From Raillietiella orientalis (Eukaryota): a DNA stretch of 64,000 nucleotides. The notes under the pieces are model-generated. The model worked only from the letters and a program-made list of their open reading frames with translations. It made no database searches and had not been told where the DNA came from. Numbering within the stretch: the first letter of the stretch is position 1; every line of letters starts with the position of its first letter. The stretch is taken from the NCBI GenBank assembly GCA_036172245.1, contig JAYWIR010000053.1, positions 682,001-746,000 of the forward strand, written 5' to 3'. Positions 38,562 through 50,800 of this stretch are shown here, in pieces. The position numbers were made by a program, and so were the translations under genes.

Positions 38562-41500
38562 TTCGTACCAAACGTAGCTCCACGAAACGCTCGCCGCTCC
38601 AGGGAGGTTTCGTGGAGGCACGCATCCGACCATCGGCAGGAATGAACAGACCGTCGTGAGACCAGTAAGTATGAGATACTCGGGCGGATGCGATAAAATG
38701 ACGACGACAGCCAGATAGATGGACATGGTGAGGAATCTCTTTCCAGCCACTGGGATTGCGGCTCCCGGTACGTCACTTACGGAACTCGAGACTGATTTGT
38801 GCTCGACGCGCTATCTGGGTTACTTGAGGCAGCTGCACCAAGTCCACAAGAACAACAGCGCGTGCGGCACAAGAAGCAGTTCCACCGATCTGTGGCAGCT
38901 GGACGCCATTTTTTTCTCCGCTGCTGCGGCTGGAAAGCCGCGGAGCATAGGACATCCCCGTTTGTGGAGACACGCGGAGGAAGTGGACGGGGCTTAAGGA
39001 ACTGGGTCAACCGCCGTGATGGACCAGGCAGGGAACAACTAGTGAACCCTAAAGGACGAGACTGGCTACAGTGGACCGGACAGCAGCGATCGGACACAGA
39101 GTCTTCTTGGAAGTGACCTTAAGTCTCTCACTAGGGTTCTTCCAGAAAGCATCCTTTATTTGTGAACATGGATGACTCAGAGGCGATGTCGCTCGGTCTG
39201 CTGGACGCTCGGTCATCAGCCAGGTAGCGAGTTGCACGGAAGGTGCAACGAGTCACCCTCCTTGCACATTAAGGTAATGTCTCCGCTCCCCCAGGAGCAA
39301 AAGAATGGACGGTGAGGGTGGCAGGGAGCGATCGATCGATCGAAGAAACTCGAATGTCCTTTTTCAGTATCATCTCTCATAGAACAAAGAGAAAAGGATT
39401 CCTTCCGGGAACGAGGAGCAAGAGGGAGGAGACCTGCCACTGTCACGAACAGAAGTGGAACATCTAAAGTTGCGACTTTACTTTTTTTTTTTTTTTTGCA
39501 AGACATATTTTCCAAGTAACAGAGTAGGCGGTAATTTCCATCGAACACAAACGATTCGTAAATCCGGCCCTCCTCAATGAAGTATCATCAGAAGCTTCGC
39601 AGGACACTTACCAGATACTCCCTGTGAAGTGACCACACGGTTCCATATCTCAGAAAGGATACTGTGAAACATTACAGAACCCCGCGTTTGTTACTTTTTG
39701 CTACGCCAATGAGATGGCGCTTTGGAAAGGCAGAGTTCGTCGTGCCGCGGCACAGCGCAGAGCCAGCAAGGTAGGTAGGTTAGGTCAGGTCAGGTAAGTA
39801 TGTTGGGTTAGGTGCGATGAGATGGTGTCCATCGAACTACTGCGTCTTGCGCGTCCCATTTGAAAAAGAGGAGGAGATTTAATTATTCTTCTGCATCAGC
39901 TGGAAGAATGATCCCTTATTTTTTTTTTTTGTTTGCTCCCGCTTTCTTCCTTGATCGATAGAGTGGTTTCACATGCTGGAGAGGAATCGTTTTCGTTCAA
40001 TTATTCCTGTAGAGTGTGCAATCGCGAGGAAAAGAAAGGAAATCGAAATACTGAGAAATAATTGCTGGAGGAAAGAGCGATGAATCCAGGATCTGATTGA
40101 AACTCTGCAACTCTTCAGGATTTTTCACTCTAGATAACGGCCAAGTTTCCGGTCTTCAGCCCTAGGCTTTTCACTCGAGAGACGGAATCTTCTTGGTACA
40201 GGAGTCCTGGAGTATGGGTGCATTGAGCATCTTGTCATCTCTTCAGATTACACTCCATCTGATTCTGGCACACTTCGGCAACTGCAGCTGCTCTTTCTTG
40301 TAAGTTGGAACAGTGGGGCTGCTGCAAAATGATACAGGAGCAGAATCCTCCAGGGCGGCTCGACGTTCTGCAGACACGACGTTGCTGTTCCTCTTCAGAA
40401 AGCATTACGGAAGCAGCGTTCGGGACGCGAGTGGTAAAAAGTGATGTGCAAGTTCAAAAGCTAGTCCTCCTCCTCTCTTCACGTCTGAATTAGACCACTT
40501 GACTACTTCCGCCATTTTCTTCATTTCTGAGCATCCTCAGTCCTGGGGTTTGCGACTTTTCTCAGAACTGATGATGCACAGGGCCACTCGTTCGTTACTC
40601 CGGTGTGCCGATGAGATGGCGCTTTTGAAAAGTATACCATTTCTTTGGATGTTTTCGAAGACCATCGGATGAACGCAGGTCTCTCGACTGCGAGAAGCAG
40701 AGTGCCCGACCGCTCTTCTTGAAGGCAACAGCCGACCGAGGAGCACGGAACGAAAGCAAATCGTACGAAACGCATCCAAAGATCTCATTCGAAAAAAAGA
40801 ATCGCTGCCGCCGATGTCAATAGCAGCCGTGGTGCAACGCGCGATGCAAGGAAGAGCAGAAGAGATTCACCGCCAGGGCACCGCAAAATGTCATGAAGCG
40901 AAAGTGCCGTTACCTAACAGCAGATACGACGGCAGGCACAGAGGAACGCAGGGCTGATGAGAAGTGCTGAGCGATTCGAGCCGAAAATCTGCATTGCAGT
41001 TTGCAGCCCGTGGGCAAAGGAACTGAGTTTGCGGGATGCGCACGCATTTCCGGTTGACACAGCGAGAGCGAACGGTTGAATCCTCCGCCTGCAGCGGGGG
41101 CCAAGGCTGCAGATGGAATTCGTTTGAAGCTTCGGAGCTTTCTTCGCAAAAATCGCCATCCGATCATCTAGAGATGGTCACCCATCGTCGGAGGAGCATC
41201 ATTCATGTTGCGACTTGAAGCGCGGTACTGTTTTTCTTTGATAGAGGACGAGCAAGCAGTCGAGAGCACCTCGAGTGTTCAAGTGGTTCTTGTATTTTGT
41301 CTCCCTTTGTCGAAGATCAGCAAGTTTGGATGATCAAAGTTCAAAATCTTTAGGAATGAGCTATGTGCTTTTATTGTTATTCCTTCTGGGTGTTTCGTGT
41401 CGACCTAGGTAGCTATGAAAATGTCCAATAAACTGTTTTTTCTTGCGTGCTTGGATGAGCGGTGAGGGTCGGATGTTTGCTTCAATGCAAAGATTTGCTC

Positions 41501-41614
41501 CGGAGAGCTATTAAGGGACCTTTTTATGCGGCGACGTTAAACCACATTGAAAAGGATCCCGGAATGTTCTCGAATGCTTCCCTAATTCACTCCAACGTCC
41601 GGCGCCACCAATCG

Positions 41615-43000
41615 GGCAACCGTGTAGTTGCGGTCTCCCGCGCGTGGCACCACGCGGCATGGATTGGAATCCCGCTCAGGAAGGATCCATGCCCAGAAAT
41701 GGGGGGCGTGTCGTGGGTTTCCATTCCTCCCTTGCTGGACGACGCTGACTGGCCTCGGTTGGCTTCGGGAGCGGCACTGGAAGAAGCCGGATGCCCCGCT
41801 GATTGGCTGGGATTGGAAGTCGACCCTCTGGGTTCCTTCCAGGGATAAAGGATGGAGTGGAGCCTTCATGGTTGTGGAGCCGTCTCCCCCCTCGAAGGGG
41901 GAACCCTCCATCGCGTACTATGAAGCTGGCTGATAACCCTTCTCATAGGGTTGCCTCTCCAAAGTGCTAAGAAGCGCGTTGCTCCCTGCATGGAGCGCCC
42001 TTCAGAGAAATTTGGAAGCCTCCCTTCGGTGCCTTCTTCAGAAGAGGAAACAAGAAGCGGTTCCCTTGCGGGTTCTCTCCGGAGAAGAAATGAGAAAGAG
42101 GTTCCCTTAGAGATCCGGAGACAACCAGAACAAGGATTCCCTTCCGAGGAATGAGGATTCCCAAGCGTGAGAAGAACGGACTCCCTCTGGAGCCCTTAAT
42201 TTGAAGAGCTACACGCACCCTCGGGTGGGGTGGACGGTGCTTAACCCTTTGAGTACTATGGACGCATAGATGCCTCCGACAAAAGCTATCACCGTGGACT
42301 ATGGATGCATCCATGCGCCTGGCAAATGTTTTTACCTTGTACACGCGACATAAGTTAATACTATCTATGTCTGATATGGACGCATACACTTGCGCTCTTT
42401 TATTTTGTTTTATACACTCGCGTTATTATATTTTGTTTACTGTCGTTCCCTTAGCAACGACAGTAAACAAAATTTTATTTATATAGGCTTACGATTCACG
42501 GTTTCCCTCGGTGTCGTACATAATTTATTATATTGTTTTTTATCTTTGTGATATCTTAGAAACGTCGAATAATCTTGAGGAGATTATTATCATAATAAGA
42601 GACGACAGTGAAATAGATGAAGAGTCGGATTCGAATGAAGAATAGGAAGATGAAATTGAGAGAACATCCCTGTTTTCCATCGCCATCTGATTCTGAAGGT
42701 ATGAAAAGCATTATAGATAAGAGAACAGCCAAATACACAAGAAAAAAAAAAAAAAAATACATGGTTGGGAAAAACAAAAATATTTTATTTAATGTGGTGT
42801 AAATAAACAATCGCAATAGTGACTTTAATTAGCACTTAATGTAGTCAATCGGTACCTCCAATAGAATACGTGGTACGCTAAAAGGCGTTTCGTCCACAGA
42901 ATCGCAACTGCGACTCGCGTGCCAACACAGAACGTTTGCATCTTATGAGCACCGCACCCAAAGGGTTAAGGAGCTTTGTGAGCTCCCCATGTAGCGGCAT
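41615..43000 (+). mobile_element. SINE-like family A copy, interrupted by the piggyBac element
   Basis: GAAATGGGGGGCGTGTCGTGGGTTTC, TGGCTTCGGGAGCGGCACTGGAAGAAGCCGGATGCCCC and the subrepeats match the 62845 copy; the tail continues beyond 42969. Confidence 0.7.
42245..42965 (+). mobile_element. piggyBac-type non-autonomous DNA transposon (MITE or internal-deletion derivative), 721 bp
   Basis: TTAA at 42241-42244 and 42966-42969. Termini CCCTTTGAGTAC...CATAGATGC and (revcomp) CCCTTTGGGTGC...CATAAGATGC. Subterminal repeats TATGGA(C/T)GCAT at 42257, 42300 and 42375. AT-rich in a GC-rich surround. Confidence 0.85.
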
Positions 43001-45729
43001 CGTCGAGACCCTGATGCCCACCCCAAGGGGGTGAACAGTTCTTCAGTACGTGTAGATACCATGATTCCGTACTCAGCGAACTTGGCCGGGTGCCTGGACT
43101 CTGGGGACAAGCATTTCGCGAGCGGGAAGCAGGCTCGCTTGAGGAAGCAGAAGGCTTCAATAAAGGAGGGATTCTTCCCTCGATGCGAGAACCATTCGAC
43201 ACCGCGATTCCAGATGGGGATTTGTCCTCCAGAAAGAAATCGCTGACCCTTCGGCAAGAGAGCGGAGGCTTCCGTCCGACGCCGGGTTGCAGCAAACAGG
43301 GCGGAGGATCCGCAGTCCGCGCGGCGAGGCAGGAGGAGGTCAAAAAAGGAGAGGGGCGCGGTTGCTTCCGAGGGGCAGGAAATTCTCGACTTGGAGCCGC
43401 GGGTGGGATGATGAGAGAACCTCAAGCGCGCTGCGCCGGGTGCGCGTCTTCGCCTGCCGCTTATCGCAGCGCGAGTGCCTTCGAAACGAATGGTTTCCCC
43501 GTCCATCGACAAGGAACGAGGAGGAGCTGAGACGGCGGACCGACAAACCGAGGACTTCTCGGTGTCGGAACCCTTGACGAATGGGGATGCCTCCTCCCCT
43601 CTCGTGATGCCCGGCGCGCCCGATTATCAGATTGCCGATCCGCGGAAGGAGGGACGCCAGCGGGTTTAAGTAAGTCGTTTCCATTCATGGCACCCTCGGC
43701 CTCCGTCCTGCCGTGACTTCCCGTGGGGCGAAGAAAGGCAGCTATCCCGTTAAGCAGAACCACAATGAAGGAAATCCAGCCACCGACGCCGCGGAAACCA
43801 GTCGCCGCGGATGGGCAAATCCCGAAAGCCTCCGAGCCCAGGAAGAAAGGCTGGTGCACCCTTCCTCCGCAGATTTGTCTTTCACGGTCCCGGTGCTTCC
43901 TCGGGAACTTCATTCTATATTGAGCGCGTCTGTCAAGTTCCCGGCTGTCATCCCAGCTTTGTCAATAGTCAAAAAAGAAAAAAAAAGAGAGAGAGAGAAA
44001 ACTACCGGGTTCTCTTCGAGCTGTCACATCGATGTTTATTCCTCTGCGCCGGGATCGCGGAAATTTCGCTCCTTTGTTATCCGCCCCGGGTGCCACCACC
44101 GCAACACTTCAGCCCCCTCGAAAGCGCAGCTGCCAGGATTTCGAGCCGGCAGCACGGCAAAACAAAAACTCCATCTCTTGAGTAATTATGAAATTTTACG
44201 GCCGTCCCCTCCAGACAGAGCGATCGCCGCCAACTCTCATCATTTACATGTTAATCTTCAGATCTGATCTTCGAGTCTGATCTTCCAGTATTTATGGCCT
44301 CCCGTAAGAGGATTTACTGTCGAAAATTTTGCGAAATTTCTGGAACATCCCCGCGCGCGTAAACGGAAACCTCCCGGGATCTGCGTCCTTTCCTCTCTCT
44401 CTTCTTTTTGTTTTCTGAGGGAGGAGGTTTCTTTCACCCTCTTCATCTCTCTTCCCCCCATCCCCCACCCGCTTTCCCCTCTTCCTGGGCTTCTCTTCCC
44501 AAGAAAGGGGGTGGCCAGAACGGCGCCATCCGGTTTCTGCCGCGTGCGAAGCGACGGGCAAAGTGCAGACGGAAATTCTCACAGGGCACGGGGGCGTGCG
44601 AAAGCGGAGAGCGTCTTCGAGGTGTCTCCGTGCGGCTCCTCCTCGCTCGCATCGCGACCTCCGCAGTCTTCGACCTCGACAGACTCGCCGACGACCTCTC
44701 CTATGAGGTGGCGTTCCCGGGCTGCAACGTCCCGGGGAAAAGCCCACGCGCCCTCACGCCTCATGCATTCAGGGAGAATTCGCTCTCACCGCAATGGGTA
44801 TCGCCCGGTCCTCCTCCTTGCCCTCCTTCGCGGAGGGGTTACCTTCAGGCGGGGAGGGGGTCAGACCCTCCTTCCCTCAGACTTTCCCATAGCCGCTCGA
44901 GGGATGCGCTTCGGTGGTCTCGAACGTCGCCTGCGGCCTCGCAGAGTCCTCGCTCTCCCGCGGCAGAGGATCACGACGTTACAGGACGGTGACGCTTCGG
45001 CGGGCGAGGCGAGGGAAGGAAGCGCCGCAAGGGCGGCCGTAGTTGATCCGGTTTCTTCCTCAGTGCTGCTGCTTCGACGGCGGCGCCGCGGACTGGCGCC
45101 CAGGACCGAGGCTGCGCTCCTCCTCTGCCACGCCCCGTTTATTTCCGGCAGTTCCTTGCGCGACGCGAAACCCCACGCGGAAGGATCGGTTCAAAGTTGC
45201 ACCGCGCAGTTTCATCGGTAGGAATTCGCACATCTGAGGAGGGAGCTGTGAGGCAACCGCTCCATCCTGGCAGACGTTCATCCCGGCCTCCTCCTTCCCC
45301 CCTCCTTTTCCCCCTTCCTTCCCTCCCTCCCTCCGAACGTTCCGCATTTTCAGCAAAGCGGCTTTTAAGCGATGCGATCGTCTCGGGTGCCCAAGGGGAC
45401 CACGTCGCTGCCAAACCGATGGGACGCTTCCAATCGCCTCAAAGCAACCGTCAGCGACTCCAAGGAAACGCCGGCGGCGCGCGCACTCGTCCCAGCCGTC
45501 TCCATGACCCCGAACGAGCCCGAGCGGCCCACGAGAATCGGCGAGATCGTTCGCGTGTTCGCAAGAGGCGGGAAGCGAACAGCCGGAAGCCCAGGGACCT
45601 TCGGCACTTGCTGAAGATGCGACGCGGTTGAGAAAGATGGAATCCCTCGTGGGTTCTTCTGCTTTCACTGCCTTCCTTCCAGCTTTGCTTTTTTTTTTCC
45701 TGTTTTTTTTCCTTAGTTGGTAAGGAGCG

Positions 45730-46120
45730 CTGAAGAACCGTGAGCCTCCTCGAGGGGGACTCACGAAGCTCTTCAAGATGGTCCACGCCACCCGAAGGCA
45801 TGTTATGTACATCTCTTCAAGTAGGGGGCAACCACCCTATGAATCCAAGAGGGCTCCGGTGCGTTCCTCCCACGCTTGGTAGGGAGCCCCGAATGGACCC
45901 CCTACCCTGGTTGTCTCCGAAGGGAACCTCTTTCTTATTCTCTCCGGAGGGACCCCCCTGAGGGGCCCACCCTTGGAATGTCTTCTCCGGAGGATACCCG
46001 CAAGGGAACCACTCTTTGTTGGCTCCTCTGAAGAGAACCCCCAAGGGAGCAGCGGGCTTCTGGAGGGCACTCTGGAGAGGCAACCCGCCGAGAGGGGTGT
46101 CGATCAGCTGCATGGGGGGT
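45730..46120 (-). mobile_element. SINE-like family A, 3' part (subrepeats and tail)
   Basis: CTCACGAAGCTCTTC..GTCCACGCCACCC and TGGTTGTCTCCGAAGGGAACCTCT match the tails and subrepeats of the other copies. Confidence 0.62.
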
Positions 46121-47521
46121 CTTCGCTCCGCACTGCGTACCATGCGAAGAAGCAAAGCGTCCAGTGGGTTGCAGAGACTCTGCTTCCTGTTTCGTAAGTT
46201 TCGCGCGAGGGGACCGCGCCCCGCCGCGCGGAAGCTGCGAAACCGGCCAGGGCCGCGGGGATCCAGCTGGATCGAGCGGCACACGGCAGCAGTATGAGGA
46301 AAAAATCGCATCGCTTCACCGAAGTAGTCGCCCTGCGCTGCTCATCCGGACCGGCAAAACGCTGATTCCTTAACCCCCCTGAAAAGAAAAAAAAGAAAAG
46401 AAAAAAAAGCCGAAAAAGGAAAGGAAGGAGAAGCGCCATCCTCTGGGAAGCAGCGGAACCAAATCAAAGCAAACGACTGGTGATTAGCATCCACGATCTT
46501 GAGCGGTTCCCCCCAGCAAGAAGCCATCGGCACGGCGAGCGCCATTCCGAAAGTTTCAAAAGCATGGGAACTCTTTGCGGGGATGCGAGTTACCACACAT
46601 TAGTCAGCGCCAATTATGCAGATAGGACGAGGAGTCTGGAGGACGAGATGAGAATTTATTTTTCCATTCCTGCCCGGGAAGGAGGAGGAGGCAAGGAAAA
46701 TATCCGAAAGCAAATGCTCTGTTTCGCAGGCTGCTATCCGAGCGTTCCTCCGGGCTGCGATATGAGGACGCATCAATTACGGAGACGGAAATAGAAGGAG
46801 CGCGTTCCTCCATCCCTCTTCGGACGCACGGCGGATCCTCGGGGAGGGGACGACGACGCTCCCTCCGGTAGGAGTAGATTGTGGGTGCTGTCGGATTGCG
46901 TGCGCCTGCTTCGCACTCCCGCCTTCCCGAAAGGACGTCACCTAAATCGCTGTGTGCCCTCCTCGGAATGGTTCGGCAGGCGGAGGAGGAGGGGGGTTCT
47001 GCGCGCTCGTCTCGTGGGTCCACCACGCTACCTGTGCAGGATCTGATCGGGACCCTTCCCCTCCCACGGATGGAGGAGGTGAGGGGACCACCCCTCCACC
47101 TTGCATGGCTCCGAGGCGGCGGCGCTCCGGATTTTCGCTACGGGCGCTACAGAGGGCGCTGCGGCAAAACAAAGCGAAGAGAAGAGGAGGTTGTTTCCGG
47201 CCGCCGCCGCAAGTCGAAGGAGACCCGCCCGACAGGTTGCCTCTCGAAGGGCACGCGTCAGTGACCTTCCCGCCTTTCTGAAGAACCCGGTTCGTTTAAT
47301 TTAAAGCTTCCTGACTGCATTTCTCCACGAAAAATGGCACCCCATCATCCCGGTGGAGTGTGCTCGGAATCCGCTATTTGACCCGTCGCTGCTCTACCAG
47401 GCGTGCGGCGAGAGAGCGCTCTTGGATTCGGGAAGTTCGAGTCCCAATTAACTGTGGGTTTCCAGGGTTCCAAGCATATGGTAACTGCGAAACCAAAAAG
47501 AAAAAAAAAAAAAGGAAGTAC

Positions 47522-47824
47522 CTGCGACAGTCAGCGTGGCGTTCCTACTTCTGGCCACTCCCGCCTTGTTTCTGGCCACGCACCAATACACTCCTGAATC
47601 CTGCTCTTTCTTGGTTTGCATGACTCTAAGGAAGAACAACGACCCCGTCGGCAGTACTACTCGGTGAGGTGAACGGTTGCTGCCAAGGACGGGCACACCA
47701 TCCTTGAACCACTCGATCTCTGGATCCGGCTTTCCTTCTGCCTTGCAATTCAAAGTGACCGGTTCGTTCTTCGCTGCGACGATGTCTATGGGGTGCTCCT
47801 TTATCCTTGGGACCCGGAACTGAC
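47522..47824 (-). CDS. robo: Robo exon 2, Ig1 (Slit-binding domain)
   Basis: [42 protein letters not shown]...[48 protein letters not shown], classic Robo Ig1; acceptor ttttgcag, donor G|GTACTT; 303 nt, phase 1/1. Confidence 0.97.
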
Positions 47825-50800
47825 CTGCAAAAGACACACGGCGATGAGCATCAGGGACGGGGCCACTCGGGAAGGCAGAGTGGGAAACGAGGAAGAGGAA
47901 CAGCGAAACCGCTGTTCCCGGAAACCCGACTGTCGGGATCCCGACAGCAGCCATGTTCCGCAGGAACTCGGAATTCCGAGCAGGTACGTGAAACGACGGC
48001 GCCATCACAGCTTCTCCAGCTGCATCTTCGCCGACTGGGACGCCCGCCGAACACAGACCTGCTTAGTCGAGATGGGTGGCGCGTGTGGTGGAGTCATCCC
48101 ACAAAGCCCTCACCTCAACAAAGAACTCCACCTCCCCTATTTCGCTCTCGCTCACCCATTTGCAAAAGAGTCGGGAGACTAGGCCACTCCCGCGCGTCTC
48201 CGAAAGAAACGAGAGCACTTTCATTTGATATGGAAACAACAGGTGGAAGGGACCGACGCATTTTCCCTGCTGAGGATCGACAGGGGCGAAACTTTGAGAT
48301 TCCTGCTTAAAGGATTTGGGGGAGGAGTCCGGGAACTGCATCAGCATAAGTCGAGTAGGAGAAGCTCGCAGGGAGAAAAGGACGTAGGAAGTCCCTGGCA
48401 CGGACTCTCCGGCCGAACCGCGCCACGCTTCTCCTGAAAGTCAGAGTCGGGACGGCTCGCGCTGCATTTCGAGATCGCATCGTTGGGCGCCCAAACGTCC
48501 GGCGCCACCGACCGTGCGCGGAGAATTCGCTCCGCCAAGCCGGAGTCGTGATAATCACACTATATCAAAGATCCTGATGAAGTATGATTACACTACACGA
48601 GAGGAAGACGGTACGATGGAGATCGGTACCATCTGCGTTTCCTGGGGACAGCAGCAAGTGGCATACTCGGATAGAACTTGCCGGCATCCTGGAAAGGATG
48701 CAGACGGTGCTCTCCGGAGGAAAGTGATCCCTTCCTGTGTCCTCCCGAGTCTTCTCCTTTCTTTTTTTATTGATTTTTCTTTTTCTTTCTGTTTGTCCTT
48801 CCACTGCCGAGCCGAACTTCGCCGGTCTGCGTATCATTTACTCGGCAACATTTTCGGATGTTGTAGGGCCGATGGTCCTACATTTGTGAGTTTATTATTT
48901 TTATAATAAACGCCCCGGCGTTACCGAGTGTTAAACCAAGCCGAGTCGAGTCGGGACGGCATGTCACTCGCACCATGTAAAATCTCATTGTGACACATGA
49001 CGCAAGGTGCAGTGTAGGCAGTTTGCGGCCGAAGTGCCAGCGTCAAAACAAGCAGGCGGGCCTTGCGAGTGGGAAACGAGGGGAAAGGGGAGGGGGGGCA
49101 AAATGATAATAATAATAAAAAAAAAAGTCTGTGGCAGCGAAAATTCAAATGAATGAAGTGAACGTAAAGGAGCGAGTCACGAAGGGGTTTATTGAATTTC
49201 CAATTCCTGCTTTTGAGAAGCACGTCGGTACGGCGGATGGAAAGCAGGGCCACAGGTTTGTTGGCTTCCGCCAGAGGGCTTTGCTTCGCTGCACTGCACG
49301 CCTTGGTGGCGTGGTGGCGCAGCCCGCGTTTCGGGGTATCGCGTCGATTCGCAGTTCTCCGCGGCGGACAAAGGCTGCATTCTAAAACGGTTCGGGAGTT
49401 TCATCAGGAGAGAGTTGAAGGCTGCCTCCTTTCCGCGAGACGCCCACTTCGGTTCGGCTCTTCGCCTCTCGCCTCCCCGCATCCTCCTAATTTCGGAAAA
49501 GTCATGCAATACGCGCAATGCCGAAACCTGCGCCGTCGCGCAGCATCGTCGTTCTGCTGGGTTCCTTCCGGCTCGTGTTTTCAACCGATGTCCCCGGGAT
49601 TCTCTAGTCAGTCTCTTCAAGGATGTCGGGATCTCGCTGTGCGTCCGGCGCTCCTTTCCGCCCAGCTGCTGCCACCGCACGAGCGCGCGCACCCGCGAGA
49701 GAATTGCTTGATGGCGCCCATCAAATCAGCGATTTCGGTGGTAGACTGCACTCAGGGTCAGAAACTCCGTGATCCCATTCGCTAATTAATCTCGCCTGCG
49801 GATGCGAGGAGGACACCGGCGATTTGTCTGCGAGAGCCGACACAAGAGCTGGAGAAGACCCTGCCGCCAGCGCGCGCGCGCTCCATTTTCTCGTCCATCC
49901 CTGCGAGGAGGTGGGCGAATGGGGGCAGAGAAAGAGCGGCACGGTGCGTCCCGTTGGAGGGCGTTCCGGTCGAAGTCGGCTTCGAGTGTAACAACGCCAC
50001 AAAGACGGCGGGTTTTTAATTTGAGTGCGATTTCCGCGACTGGAGCTTTCCGATCGCCGGCCGAGACACGCGCGTCCTCGACGTCTCGAAGAACCGAACG
50101 TCGGATGCTTGGAGTATCCCCCTTCGACGAAACTAACGACCCACCCGGTCGAAGAGGTCCGAAATCTCTTGACGTGAGCAGCGATGCTTGGCGGAAAGGC
50201 TCAGCCAACTCTCCCGAACGAAAGGCCCTTGCCGATTCGAATTTTCCCCGTTCTTCTTCGCCCTTCCCGAAAAGCAGGTGCCAGAGCTGCCGTGGCGAAA
50301 ACCGCGGATGCTGCTAACGCGGAACGGTAGCAGGGTGCTCCTCCGAGGAGGCACCGCGATCCAAGTCGCTCCATCTACCGTGGGTGCGTCCCTGTTTCAG
50401 CAACGGGACTACTAGTCCTGCACGTGGGGTGACAACGGACTTCTGCCCATCACGCGGTCCGATCCACAGTGTCTCCTGCAGCAGTAGTGTCATTAGCAGC
50501 TCCCAGAGTCCCAGAACTTTCCGGAAGAACCCTATTCCTCCGTCTTGCAGTGACTGGCTTGAAACAGCTAAGGATGCTTGCGCCTCGCTCGTCCCCCCGA
50601 GCCTATGCCTCAACCGACCCCTGTCTAGAATTCCCAGAGGCATTCCAGACAGGGGTCGGTCGAGTGTACCAAAAAAGAGACCTCCATCCCGTTATGTAAT
50701 CCCGCATATTCTGCCAAGCGAGTTCTGGATGCGCACATCTCCAGTTACTTCTCTTCTCTGATGCTGCTGGTGCACCTCTTCGGCAGCTTTCTCGGCGACC

